64,000 nucleotides of DNA from Octopus bimaculoides (GCF_001194135.2 NC_068983.1:30735234-30799233); one strand, 5' to 3'; shown: positions 1 through 13,111, counted from the first letter of the stretch. Notes: generated by a model not told the origin, from the sequence alone. Translations and numbers: made by a program.

Positions 1-110
1 CGATGGACTGGCATCCTGTCCAGCTGGGGAATACATACGCCATTGAAACCGGAAAACCGGGCCCATGAGCCTGGTTAGGCTTTAAAAGGGTGCATTTATT
101 TATTTTTTAT
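1..110 (+). mobile_element. 3' part of SINE family A, tail variant Y (truncated by window start)
   Basis: cgatggactggcatcctgtccagctgggg...gggcccatgagcctggttaggc closely matches the 3' part of the element at 61441-61750. Confidence 0.75.
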
Positions 111-125
111 ATTATTATTATCATT

Positions 126-742
126 AAGGCAGTGAGCTGGCAAAAATCATTAGCACATCAGGCAAAATGCTTTACCTTCTGAGTTCAAATTCTGCCATGG
201 TCAACTTGCCTTTCATTCTTTTGGGGTTGATAAAATTAGTACCAGTTGAGTACTGGAGTCAATGTAATTGACTTGCCTCTTCCCCTAAAATTGCTGGCCT
301 TGTGCCGAAATTTGAAATCATCATTATTATTAATATTATTATTAAGGCAGTGAGCTAGCTGAATCATTAGCATTCCAGGTGAAATACTGCTAAGCATTTC
401 AACTGTCCTCATGTTCTGAGTTCAAATTCCGCCGAGGTTGACTTTGCTTTCTATCCTTTCGGGGAGCACAGGGGGTGATGTAAATGACTAGTCCCCTCCC
501 CTAAAATTTCAAGCCTTGTGCCTATACTAGAAAGGATTATTATTCTTATGAAGATGATGAAGTGGCAGACTCCTTACAGAAATGTCTTGTACAGTTTCAG
601 TACTTTACACTCTGAGTTCAAATCCTGCTGAAGCTAACTTTACCTTTCATCCTTTCAGGATTGTTAAAATGAAATACCAGTCATGAACTGGATTTGAAGT
701 TACTGACAAACCCCTCCCCTCAAAAAATTGCTGGCCTTATTA

Positions 743-789
<47 letters not shown>

Positions 790-790
790 A
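126..790 (+). mobile_element. Three head-to-tail copies of tRNA-derived SINE family B with (ATT)n tails
   Basis: Repeated gagctggcagaa..ttagc head, B-box-like ctgagttcaaattc, core ttgcctttcatcctttcgggg..taagtaccag and (ATT)n tails (738-788). Confidence 0.85.
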
Positions 791-794
791 ATAA

Positions 795-1728
795 GAATAG
801 CCTGGGCAAAGTTTAGAGAGCTCTTACCCCTGCTGGCGACAAAGGGACTCTCACTCAGAGTAAAAGGCAGACTGTATGATGCATGCGTACGAACAACCAT
901 GCTACATGGCAGTGAAACATGGGCTGTAACTGCTGAGGACATACGTAAGCTCGCAAGGAATGAAGCCAGTATGCTCCGTTGGATGTGTAAAGTCAATGTG
1001 AATACCCGTCAGAGTGTAAGTATCTTGAGAGAAAAGTTGAACATTAGAAGCATCAGTTGTGGCGTGCAAGAGNNNNNNNNNNNNNNNNNNNNNNNNNNNN
1101 NNNNNNNNNNNNNNNNNNNNNNNNNNNNNNNNNNNNNNNNNNNNNNNNNNNNNNNNNNNNNNNNNNNNNNNNNNNNNNNNNNNNNNNNNNNNNNNNNNNN
1201 NNNNNNNNNNNNNNNNNNNNNNNNNNNNNNNNNNNNNNNNNNNNNNNNNNNNNNNNNNNNNNNNNNNNNNNNNNNNNNNNNNNNNNNNNNNNNNNNNNNN
1301 NNNNNNNNNNNNNNNNNNNNNNNNNNNNNNNNNNNNNNNNNNNNNNNNNNNNNNNNNNNNNNNNNNNNNNNNNNNNNNNNNNNNNNNNNNNNNNNNNNNN
1401 NNNNNNNNNNNNNNNNNNNNNNNNNNNNNNNNNNNNNNNNNNNNNNNNNNNNNNNNNNNNNNNNNNNNNNNNNNNNNNNNNNNNNNNNNGGCACATAAAA
1501 GACACCATTTCGAGCGTGGCCGTTTTCGTGCGGGTGACACGTAAAAGCACCCACTACACTCTCTGAGTGGTTGGCGTTAGGAAGGGCATCCAGCTGTAGA
1601 AACTCTGCCAAATCAGACTGGAGCCTGGTGTTGCCATCCGGTTTCACCAGTCCTCAGTCAAATCGTCCAACCCATGCTAGCATGGAAAGCGGACGTTAAA
1701 CGATGATGATGATGATGATGATGATGAT
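795..1728 (+). mobile_element. 5'-truncated RTE-clade LINE: open ORF2 C-terminal fragment, N gap, 3' UTR (family D) with (GAT)n tail
   Basis: 795-1072 reads RIAWAKFRELLPLLATKGLSLRVKGRLYDACVRTTMLHGSETW..MLRWMC, typical of the RTE post-RT region; 1490-1728 is the D tail ending ggacgttaaac(gat)n; the link spans an N gap. Confidence 0.85.
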
Positions 1729-1807
1729 ATGGAGCTACAAACAACAAATGTGTTTTAAAATACATCGCATGAGCTTTTGAAAACTATCAGATCACTCTCT
1801 TAATTGA

Positions 1808-1857
<50 letters not shown>

Positions 1858-3149
1858 ACGTGCGGGCGCACACATGTGTATGTATTGTGTATGCATGGAC
1901 TCATTTCATAGAGAAGTGATTGAAAATGACTACATTTTGAAAAAAACAAAAAAAAATTTTTTTGCCATCACACAAATTTCAAAAATATTTGTTAACAAAG
2001 CATTCACTGAAGTGGCAGGCAGTAGGAGGATAACTCCCACAAATGAGACAGCAATGTATATATGCTCTTATGAAAACATTTAATAGATTAATATAGAGTT
2101 AAACAGAAAAATGATGGAAAATACTCAGATATAACAATTCTACAAATGGACTCTTTTGTAAATGCAATCTTTTTGTCCTTCAGCATGCACAATTTATTTC
2201 GACTGAAGTATTTGCATTTTAGCTAAAGTTTTTTAAGTCTCATATTATATAACATTTGTGATATTGTATAACGTTTTTGCTTCATCTACACATTAATTAT
2301 ATAAATATGTATGTACATTCTTACACATTGTAACACACTTTAAATGAATGAATGGGCTCTTATAGAAAATAAGAAAAGGTTATTATTAATATTACAACCA
2401 TTATCATCATCATTATTATTATTGTTTATGAAGGTACATAGCATAGATGTTAGGTGTTAAGCTTCGAAACATAAGGTTATGAGTTTGATTCTTAGACCAA
2501 GTGGTGCTTTGTGTCTTTGAGCAACAGGCTTCACTTTACATTGCTTCAAGAGGAGTACTAACCTAGTGCTGGTGCAGCTCTCAATGCAGTGATCTGACTG
2601 AATCAGTAGAGCATCCCTCTCCACAAAATGTTTTGTGATATTTGTTGCAGCTCTGAGTTCAAATCCTGCCAGGGTCAACATAACATTTCGTTCCTCCAGG
2701 ATTGATAAAATAAAGTACCTGTCAAGAAATGGGAACAACAGAATCAACTTATCCTCCTCCCCTCACTCCTAGTAGTATCATCCTAACCTCTTGTGATGAT
2801 AGAGAGCAAATGGAAGTGGGAGAGGAATGGAAGACTGTTGCAAAGAAAGAATAGGAAGGAAGGAAGGAAGGAAAAGTGTGAGCTTAAGCAGAAGTGGGAC
2901 ACTGAAAGGGGAGCATTACTCTATGGAGTTGCTCAACTTCACAATGATTGAAAAGGAAAGCAATTTGATGATGCTTGAACCGGAGGGTAATGAACCTAAG
3001 TAATATGTTGATTGATCACACATTGTGGGGTCCTTTATGGCCTGGCTGACCAAAAAAACACTTAAGGATTGTTTTGAGTGTTGGGATTTGAGTATATGGA
3101 GTGGAAGTTAGTTGTTATAATTCATAACATTTGCTTAAATAATTTGAAT

Positions 3150-3310
3150 GGTTTTTAAGGGCAAAATCATATACTTAAGTCACTGGTTCATATCCTACCG
3201 ATTCCAGATAATGTTTCTTAGTCTTCCAAATGCTGTAGATACTAGTGAGATTTGTCTTTTCTGTTCTGATCTATTTGGTACAATACTATCAAGAAACACA
3301 AAACTTGAGT
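3150..3310 (-). mobile_element. Decayed RTE-like LINE ORF2 remnant
   Basis: Minus strand reads ..RQISLVSTAFGRLRNIIWNR*, resembling the RTE post-RT motif RISLASxAFGRLRxIW. Confidence 0.5.
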
Positions 3311-3412
3311 AAGACATAGAAATACTATCATAATAAAATCTTTCCATTTAACATAATGGCTCAGCCATGCAATAGGAAGGCCATCCAAAAGCAAATAATG
3401 CTAAAATACAAG

Positions 3413-3482
<70 letters not shown>

Positions 3483-3525
3483 TTTCTAAGCCACACCGCC
3501 ATGATCTGAATTTATGGCCATATTT

Positions 3526-3685
3526 GTCTGTAGTCAGTGTCCAACTGGTACTTATTTTATCAACCCCAAAAGGATAAAAGACAAAGCTGACCTCCTTAGC
3601 ATAATTTGAACTCAGAACATAAAGATGGCCAAAATGCTTTGTAGCATTTGTCCAGTATGCTAACAATACTACTAGTTCTCTGCCA
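3526..3685 (-). mobile_element. SINE family B, decayed
   Basis: Reverse complement of B core (ctggtacttattttatcaaccccaaaagg, tttgaactcagaac). Confidence 0.7.
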
Positions 3686-3689
3686 GTGG

Positions 3690-4203
3690 CTCCCATGGCT
3701 TCTGATTTTAACTGAGTGGAAGTGTTATGTACATTGTTTTGTCTTGGTATAAAATATTCTTGCTCAATACCACAGATTTGCTTGTCAGTTGTTTAACCAT
3801 AATCAGTTGAGCATGTCTCTTAGTGGCTGACAATATGTGCATCTCTGTTCATGAGCAGAAGTAGTGGGGGAGCATCATAGCTATTTGTTGAGAGGAATTC
3901 TTTGGGGTTTAGATAATTCAGCTTTGGAAACATGGATTTTTCATTCAACATCCTTAAACAACTCTTATTCAGGGACCTTTTGAGCAGAATGGGCTACTCA
4001 ACTTCAAGAAAATTCTAACTGGCTCCTCCTGTAAGGTCATGCACTGTTTATCTTGATATGAGATCACCATGTCACACACAGATGGTTGTGATGCATGTGC
4101 CTGGTGTACTCTTATCAGACGGTTATTCATGATGTGTATACTGGGCATCATATATTTTACCTCAATGTCACTTTGATGGTATGCACTGCTTTCTCATATA
4201 ATG

Positions 4204-4250
<47 letters not shown>
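3690..4250 (+). mobile_element. Probable retroposon 3' segment ending in (AAT)n
   Basis: Complex, higher-GC block ending abruptly in an (AAT)n run (4205-4248); single copy in window, so family not confirmed here. Confidence 0.35.
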
Positions 4251-4252
<2 letters not shown>

Positions 4253-4879
4253 CTTTCAACACAGTGAAAATAAGAGCACCACAACAAACCACAGCACATA
4301 CCTAAGACACACAGAGCTGCAATCAGTTGTGCAGTGTAAGCATGTGATCAAAATAAGACTACTGAATAATAATAATAATGACGATAATAATAACAACAAC
4401 AACAACAACAACAATAATTGATTCCAGATTAGTCGCATATTGCCTGTGTGTACATAGCATTTTTCTGTTGGTCCCTAGGGTGGCTCACAATGATTATCAT
4501 TTACTTTTGTTAATAATTTTGCCTTCTCATTCCATTTTCACTATGTTATTTTAAACTGATCCCTATTGATTATTTTCCCCCTAATAATCTAGAAGAAGGT
4601 AGTGCAGTGAACTTATGCAGATCACCAGTTTAGTTTCACTTTTTTATCATGTGTTATTTTGGTCAATTAGAAATTTATAGTTTGTGAGCCATTTCTTTTT
4701 TTTTCAGCGCAAGTTTTACAAAGCACATGAGCGTTGTATGCTCACCATTGTCATGATTGCTATTTTAGCCAATCAGTAACTAGAAGTATGTTGAACCATA
4801 TTTCACCTACTCAAAGAAGTCAGAATCTGTGTGTTCCCTATTAGTTATTTGCTTGATGCTAGACTAGTTGACTAGCTAT

Positions 4880-5415
4880 TATTTATCTTTTATCTTTTAA
4901 CTTTTACTTGTTTCAGTCATTAGACTGCGGCCATGCTGGAGCATTGCCTTGAATTTTTAGTCAAATGAATGAAACCCCGTACTTCTTTTTTAAGCCTGGT
5001 ACTTATTCTATCAGTCTCTTTTGCTGATCTGCTAAGTTAAAGGGATGCAAACACCAGTACCAGTTCTCAAGCAGTGGTGGGTGACAGACACAAACAGAAA
5101 GACACATAGACACACACACACACACACATATATATATAGGGAGAATTCATAAAAACCAAAAGACAAAGACAGGTGGTGTAGACAACAAACAGATGTATTA
5201 GTTTAATGCTCATGAAGTGAAAAAATCTTTAATGTTTCGAGCCTATGCTCTTCCACAGAAAGGAACACAGAAAGAAACAGGGAGAGAAAATAAAGAATGT
5301 GTAGTGGCTAGCGTTCTATCATGGTGGGCTTCTTCCTGTTTCCGTCTACCAAGTTCACTCACAACCATGTGGTTGAGAAATAAACTTCTTGCCATACAGC
5401 TGTACCTGTGCCTAT
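4880..5415 (-). mobile_element. SINE family C interrupted at its internal microsatellite by family F
   Basis: C tail (cttttacttgtttcagtcatt..) 4880-5138 and C body/head (gggcttctt..tttccgtctacc..gccatacagc) 5320-5415. Confidence 0.8.
5139..5313 (-). mobile_element. Family F: Penelope-type terminal repeat fragment with hammerhead-like motif
   Basis: Homologous to 54796-54948; minus strand ccttt-CTGTGGA-a-gagc-atag-gctc-GAAAC-att-aaaga; abuts a (TA)n run. Confidence 0.6.
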
Positions 5416-5709
5416 TGTTTATTTATGATTTTTATTCGGGTAACAACCATGCGTAAACTATCTCTTTACTGTGTCATTTCATTCTCCCTCTCTCCTAGCT
5501 AGACAATAATCTTAGTCTAGCTCCAACAGAATAATTTTGATTAGCTTAAGATCATATTTACTTATTTGACGTTTTTTTCTACTTAAGGATAGTTATCTGC
5601 TTGCACACATTAAACACTACAACACAAATTGTTTGGTTGACATGAAAATATGAAAATATCCACATTTTCCATAACATTCCTGCAACAAATGACCTTCCTG
5701 GCTTTATGA

Positions 5710-5760
5710 TGTACATTTCCATTTGTACATTTCCATTTGTACATTTCCATTTGTACATTT
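5710..5760 (+). repeat. 14-bp minisatellite (tgtacatttccatt) x3.6
   Basis: Exact tandem units visible. Confidence 0.9.
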
Positions 5761-6250
5761 ACACAAATATGCTCTGATTGTTGTAAATTAAGCTTAAAAA
5801 TTTTCCATGCCTGATGTCTGTTCCTTTTTAACATGGATTCACAACTCATGTGTCGTGTAATTATTGTATAATTTTCCAGCAAGTTCCATTGAAATCTACA
5901 TTTATGTTGGTATTTAAGAAATAAAAGGAAAGATGATATAAAATCAATTTTTGTTATATCTACAAACAATATTTTAATTTCCTAAACATCCTATAAATAG
6001 TTAAATAAATTTTAATATTCATTGTACTACGATTTGGATATAATGGACAACAATAATTAATATAAGTGATAAATAATAGTATGTACACTTACATCATATA
6101 AAATATATATGTTTAGAAATATAATATATCAATATCATACAGAAATATCATACATCGATATGATACAAAAATACCGTAGATCAATAACAATAAAAAGGAA
6201 CAAAAATAAATATTTTCAGTTATATTCCAAATCTGAAACACACTGGAGTT

Positions 6251-6291
<41 letters not shown>

Positions 6292-7083
6292 GTGATGATG
6301 ATGATGATAATGATAACGACAATGACGATGACAATGATGATGATGAAATACTCTGTAATTCATGATGATGAATAAGAGAAAAAGAACACCATCCCTGGAA
6401 ACTTTATGATAACAGTTGGCACGGATACAAAATAAAGTTTGTGAAAGTTGAAGGGTTTTATGTTAACTACATTAAAGTAAAGTAAAATAAAAATTAAATT
6501 AAAAAAAAAAAAATTGCAAAAGTTAAAATAGAAATATATTTTAGGAGAATTTTAATGATTGAAGTAATGAAATAAAATAATATTGACAAATAGGATAAAA
6601 GCAGTGGAATAAATAGAATAGTCAATAACCAGATGGAAGAACAAAATATTTCTTAATCTATCTGCATGTATACTTGCACAACTGGTAACTGAAACAATGT
6701 CCAGTTTTGCCAACGTATAGGGAATTACAAAGTTTATATTTGCTACAATAAACAAGGCCAATAGTGATGCAGTCAAAGAGGATAGTAGATATGAAATTGA
6801 GTTTTAGGGCCAGCTATACACTTGCTGTTGGAGATGATGGGACAAGTGTAAAATACAGAATGGGAGCATTTGAAAGTGTCACATTATGTATTACAGGAGG
6901 GAAGGGAGCTTCAAGCAAAGTGGTCATGTAGGTTTTGTCATTCTTGAAAAAAAAATAAAAATAAATAAATAAATAAAAACAACAAAAACAAAAAAAAGGA
7001 GGAGGAAGTGATTAGGAAAGCTTTTAGCTATTTGAGAGAGAAACAGAAAAGGAAGCAGCCTTTGTGAGATATGACTTATTAAT

Positions 7084-7232
7084 CCTTTAGTGTTCAGATT
7101 AGTCAGTATTCAGATTACTCTGTCAAATATATTGTGTGTTTATTTATATTGTTTTGAATTTATCATGCACTATCTGTAGTTTAGAGATTTTGATGTGTTT
7201 TTTTTTAATTTTAGAATGACATTGTAGGGTTG
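7084..7232 (-). mobile_element. Partial piggyBac-like MITE (same family as 44835-45061)
   Basis: ttaa+tcctttagtgtt..cagattactctgtcaaat..ttttagaatgacattgtaggg matches the reverse complement of the 44835 copy. Confidence 0.65.
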
Positions 7233-7687
7233 GCCGGCCGCCTACACTTTTTTCTGCAAAATAGGGGTAGTTTATCCTGTTCAGGCATCTGTCTGGGTGA
7301 AAAGTCAGAAAATGAGTTCCATCTTCAGGTGCCTGTGTTTTTGGTAGCAGTAATGAAGTTCTATTGGTGGCCTGAATTTGTTGAAATAAAAATTTGACTA
7401 ATGCATTTTTTCCTAGCTTGGGGGTTACTCCTGGACTATGGCTATTTATTCTCTGAGTTCAAATCCCATTAAGATCAACTTTGCCTTTCATTCTTTTGGG
7501 GGTCAGTAATATNNNNNNNNNNNNNNNNNNNNNNNNNNNNNNNNNNNNNNNNNNNNNNNNNNNNNNNNNNNNNNNNNNNNNNNNNNNNNNNNNNNNNNNN
7601 NNNNNNNNNNNNNNNNNNNNNNNNNNNNNNNNNNNNNNNNNNNNNNNNNNNNNNNNNNNNNNNNNNNNNNNNNNNNNNNNNNNNNNN

Positions 7688-7762
<75 letters not shown>

Positions 7763-7914
7763 TTATATATTGTGGGCACCTTTTCTATGGGGCTTTCATT
7801 CAGCAGCACCATTTACATGATGGTAAATCTAGCATCAGTTACCTTCATAATTCCAGAGTACAAATGAAGAACAAAAAGCAAGTCATGATGCTTGTATTCT
7901 ATTCAATACAGCCA

Positions 7915-8032
7915 TAGAAACCATACCAAATCAGACTGGGGTCTGGTGCAGCTCCCCAGCTTGCCAGCTCTGGTCAAACCGTCTGACCCATGCCAGCATG
8001 GACAACAGACGTTTGATGATAATGATGATGTT
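7915..8032 (+). mobile_element. RTE 3' tail (family D) fragment
   Basis: agaaac..ccaaatcagactgg..cccatgccagcatgga..gacgtt(gat)n. Confidence 0.7.
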
Positions 8033-8698
8033 ATCTAGGGCTTATGCAGTAGGAATTCCATATCTGCCTCCTGGTGTTGTTCTTATATTATTATCATATA
8101 TCATATTGCATTGTATTATTTTGATTTTGTGTATAAGTGTGGTGTATTGTATTATACTGGATTACTGGGATATATCCTTTCAAATGCTGTATAAGTGATA
8201 GTAGCATAATTGTCCTGAATAAATGATTGCTGATTCTAAAGTAAGCACTCATCACCTCCTTGCAATAACATGAATAGTTGTAATGCATTGTAGCACAACA
8301 AAGTAAATGGAGGAATATCAATAACCTTATCTTTTGATCAGTGTAGAGCAGAAATAAGCAAAACAGAAAAAAAGTAGCTTTGAAACATATAAAGAGAAAT
8401 AAAGAGTGCAAAGGTGAGTTCAAGAATGTCAATTAAAGAGTAAAATAAAGAGACATAATGAACTTGACTCTTATGCAGAAATATAATAGAATAAGTGAGG
8501 TTAAGAGAAAGAAATTGTGTGATAGTTAAGTATTGATCCATTTGAACAGACAGATGATAATGTGAACTTCCAATATTTCAGAAGGTCACTTTCAAATTTT
8601 CAACATTTGGTAAAGATTTCTTAACTTGCATTTAGATAATTTGCAGAACTGTTAAGGGTTTTCAGTATGAGGTTCTTTTTAGTTATACACATCTTATG

Positions 8699-9084
8699 TG
8701 GAGGCGCAATGACCCAATGGTTAGGGCAGTGGACTCACGGTCATAGGATCGCGGTTTTGATTCCCAGACCGGGCGTTGTGAGTGTTTATTGAGCGAAAAC
8801 ACCTAAAGCTCCACGAGGCTCTGGCAGGGGATGGTGACGAACCCTGCTGTACTCTTTCACCACAACTTTCTCTCACTCTTACTTCCTGTTTCTGTTGTAC
8901 CTGTATTTCAAAGGATCAGCCTTGTCACACTGTGTCACACTGAATCTCCCCAAGAACTATGTTAAGGATACACGTGTTTGTGGAGTGCTCAGCCACTTGC
9001 ACGTTAATTTTACAAGCAGGCTGTTCCGTTGATCGGATCAATTGGAACCCTCGTCGTCGTAAGTGATGGAGTGCTAACAACAAC
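8699..9084 (+). mobile_element. Full-length tRNA-derived SINE family A (head 1, tail X, (AAC)n end)
   Basis: A-box-like tgacccaatgg, B-box-like ggttttgattccc; matches 25588-25966; imperfect TSD acacatct(t/c)at at 8687-8697 and 9083-9093. Confidence 0.9.
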
Positions 9085-9469
9085 ACATCTCATATATTTT
9101 TATCCAATTCTATATGGTGTGCACTGTTCAAGGATCTCTCACCTGCTATTGAAATTAGTGGCACATTCTTTCAAATTCCAAATGTAACTGGACGAGGTTG
9201 TATGCTTCTTTTCTTTTATATCTGAAGCAAGAAGTATGATAGAAGTAAGATTATTTAAATTTACATCCTAACTAACCTATATAGTAGGTATAAAAGATTG
9301 GTTTGATGAAGATTAATTTGCTTCACATATGATCACTTCATTATTAGATGGCTAACTCATTTCAACTGTATGAAGTTCCGATCTCTAACTGTGGAGTAAC
9401 CTGTAGAAGGGTAGATGCAGGAAGACAGGGGATACGACGGTGAAGCATGATCTTTCAATGTTGAGTTTC

Positions 9470-9740
9470 ACGGAGGCAATGACAAGCGATTGAGTCCTTT
9501 GGTGATATGCTGTTCTTCAGAATACATATCAAACCAAGTGAAATTGTAGTCATGGCCAGTGCTGGAGACACATAAAAAGACACATACTACACTCTTGGAG
9601 TGGTTAGTGCTAGGAAGGGTATCCAGTCACAGAAACCAAGCCAAACCATACTGTAGCCTGGCACAGCTCTGGCTTACTGGTTACAGTCAAACCATCTAAC
9701 CCATGCCAGCATGGAAAATGGATGATAATGATGCTGATGA
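9470..9740 (+). mobile_element. RTE 3' UTR (family D), decayed
   Basis: cacataaaa..tactacactcttggagtggtt..ggaagggtatccag..cccatgccagcatggaaaatggatg(at). Confidence 0.7.
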
Positions 9741-10206
9741 AATACATGTCTATTAGTCACATTTAGCTGGTTTGTGTGTTATGAGATCATTCTTATTGGG
9801 AGGACAGCTATAATTCAGTTTTAGAGTGTTTCTATTAAATAGTTTTCTCTAGTGGTGATTGATTTGAAAATACCTATTTATTAGAGGTATGATGTTTTTG
9901 GCAATACTAGACTTAATGCTCAGAGAAAAAGAAGGCATGAACAAGATGATGTGGCACATGCATCTGTGGTGTGTGTGTGTTTTGCCAATATACATTGGTG
10001 AAGGATATAAAGATCAGCAAAAATTTGGTGTTTTATGCATAAGTCCTTTGAGAAATTTGTTGTGCATCACATTATAGATATTCATTTGTCATTATCGTCA
10101 TCTGAAATGCAGTGAACCAGTGTATGCTTCTGTTGGCAATCTGTAGCCAACAGCGCCATTGTTTAACAAATATGATATGAAATAAAAACAGATAAATAAA
10201 ATACTA

Positions 10207-10254
<48 letters not shown>

Positions 10255-10368
10255 CCCTCTGTTACTGTACATATACGCATATCTGTGTGTGTGTGTGTGT
10301 ATAAGTATTGTATATATACAAATATATATATATATATGCATACATATATATGCATATATATGTGAGTG

Positions 10369-10405
<37 letters not shown>

Positions 10406-10612
10406 GCATNNNNNNNNNNNNNNNNNNNNNNNNNNNNNNNNNNNNNNNNNNNNNNNNNNNNNNNNNNNNNNNNNNNNNNNNNNNNNNNNNNNNNNNNNNN
10501 NNNNNNNNNNNNNNNNNNNNNNNNNNNNNNNNNNNNNNNNNNNNNNNNNNNNNNNNNNNNNNNNNNNNNNNNNNNNNNNNNNNNNNNNNNNNNNNNNNNN
10601 NNNNNNNNNNNN

Positions 10613-10671
<59 letters not shown>

Positions 10672-11404
10672 ATATATATATATGTATATATATATATAAT
10701 TTCCAGTGGCAACTTGGAAGGAGAAACACTGATCTCATGTAGCCAGATGGTTAGACAGCTTGTGAGGAGGGAGCAAGCAAAGTCATTGGCAACAACTGAG
10801 TAAGGAAGAGTTAATGAATTCCACTCAATGAAATTCAATGATTTCAGACAATTGAAAGAAAATCCAAAATGTCAATTCTAAGAGAGACAGCATGAAATGC
10901 AGAGACTTCCACTCCAATGTGTGTGTGTGTGCGTGCGTGTGTACAGAGAGAGAGAAAAGGGCAGAGAAGGGAGAGAGAAACACAACTGGATAAAGTAATG
11001 AATTCAACACAATGAACTGGAGTATTATAATAAAACCTATTTTAAGCTGCAACTTCTCAAATTGTGACTCTGGGATTCATGTTTTACCAATTCCCAAATA
11101 ATAAAAGAAATGAATCAGATGATTTTGTTTCTTTATATACCAAACCAAAATGGTTGAATGTGCAATGCTCGTTAACAATCAAAGACCTTTTGATTTGGTT
11201 AGACTGTATATAACAGTATTATGCAAGACTACTCAGTGTTTACCTGCAAGGCATTCTGAAATATTTCAATATAAAAATTCTTACTCGTGATAATAAAAAT
11301 ATTGAATGATAGATGCTTGTAAACAAAAGAAAATCTTTTGTTTGTTTTCTAATGGACAATTTTAGGTGTCAAAGTAATTACACCAGGAGGAAGACCTAGA
11401 TATA

Positions 11405-11555
11405 GCAAGCTTCTTACCACATGGTTCCGGGTTCAGTCCCACTGTGTGGAACTTTGGGCAAGCATCTTCTATTATAGCCTCAGGTTGACCAAAGCCTTGT
11501 GAGTGGATTTGGTAGACAGAAACTGAAAGACGCCTGTTGTGTATACACATGCACA

Positions 11556-11593
<38 letters not shown>

Positions 11594-11820
11594 CATATCT
11601 TTGTGTTTGTGTTTGTCCCTCCCACCACTTGGTGGTGATGTGTTTGCATCCCCATAACTTAGTGGTCTGGCAGAGAGACCAATAGAATAAGTACCATGCT
11701 TTAAAAAGGAGAATAAAACCAAATGAAAGGTACTGGGTCATTTCATTTGACTAAAAATCTTCAAGGCAGTGCCCCAGCATGGCTGCAGTCTAATGACTGA
11801 AACAAGTAAAAGATAAAAGA
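11405..11820 (+). mobile_element. SINE family C with internal (CA)n
   Basis: ccacatggttccgggttcagtccc head, caaagccttgtgagtggatttggtag body, gactgaaacaagtaaaag end. Confidence 0.85.
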
Positions 11821-12529
11821 TGTATACCAAGGTGTTCAATCATTAGGTATTTAAAACTACTTCAGCAAATATATTCTGATTTATTGGTGCTGAGAGGTTG
11901 CTTAAGTTAGAATTCACATGGAACAATATAATCATCTCTACTGAAATACAAAGATCACTGCAATTGGTACCCTGATTATAAGGTCTGGTTTGTTATGATG
12001 ACTTTCAAATAATTTTATAGTTTTGATAATGCTATTTTCTGAAGACTAGATGTACCTCAGCAAACACATGGGTAAAAATCCATCTCAGGATCTCTGAATG
12101 TATGTGAACATTTATTGAATATTTATTTGAAAAGAATCTCAGTCAAGTCAGAATAATCTCGAGAAACCAAATTATAAACTATAAATACTTTCACACAATA
12201 AACTACCAATCTCAAAAGACAGAAATTATTTAATGGATAATTTTAGGAGTCAAAGTAATTACACCAGGAGGAAGACTTGGATATAGACAGCTGTTTATGA
12301 TTCTCATCACAAAGATTTCTGTAGGAAAATTAAATGCACAATTAAAACCCAATTTAACAGTATTCTTGTTAAAAATTATATGATATTACTGATTTATCTA
12401 AATTTAAAGAAATGGTTTGTGATTCTACCGCCCATACCATGACTAAATGTAGTAGTACACCAAACAACTTTCGTGTTTTCCATTCCTTAGTGTTTGTGAA
12501 TTAGCATCATGTTCATCATCCTCATCATT

Positions 12530-13076
12530 AAGACATGAGTTAGCAGAATTGTTAGCATGTCAAACAAAATTCTGAGACCAAATTCTATCAAGGTTCATTT
12601 TTCCCCTTCCATCCTTTTGAGATGGATAAAATAACAGTTGAGTATTATGATCAATGTAATTAACTTTCCCCTCCTCTTAAAACTGCTGGCCATGTGGAAT
12701 TGACGGAATTATTAGCAAACAAGATGAAATGCTTTGCAGCATTTCTTCTGGCTATACATCCTGAGTTCAAATTCCACCAAGGCCAACTTTACCTTTCATC
12801 CTTTTAGGAGTTGATAAAATAAGTACCATTGAAGCAGATAATTTTAGGGGTTGATAAAATAAGTACCAGTGAAGTAGGTACTAATTTTGCACCTCCTGAA
12901 AAATTTCAGGCCTTGTGCCTATAATAGAAAGGAATATTAAGGTGGTAAGCAGGAAGAACTGCCAGCACATTGGACAGCATTTCATCTGGCTTTACATTCT
13001 GAGTTCACATTCTGCTGAAGTCAATTTTGCCTTTCATCCTATTGAGGTCCATAAAACAGGTACCAGTCAAGCAGTA

Positions 13077-13111
<35 letters not shown>

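Noticed and set aside
4708-4775. Strong acceptor followed by RKFYKAHERCMLTIVMIAILAN; similar short candidates at 8550, 24488 and 50790
   Set aside because: Weak donors or acceptors and short frames expected by chance; they cannot be joined into a recognisable protein
8699-8775. tRNA-like heads as functional tRNA genes (also 20941, 22158, 61441)
   Set aside because: Acceptor and anticodon stems do not close, and each continues into a SINE body with TSDs or tails
10707-10799. 93-nt AG..GT segment with one open frame (GNLEGETLISCSQMVRQL..)
   Set aside because: The acceptor tract is only (TA)n, the opposite strand is also open and no homology is recognised; compatible with chance
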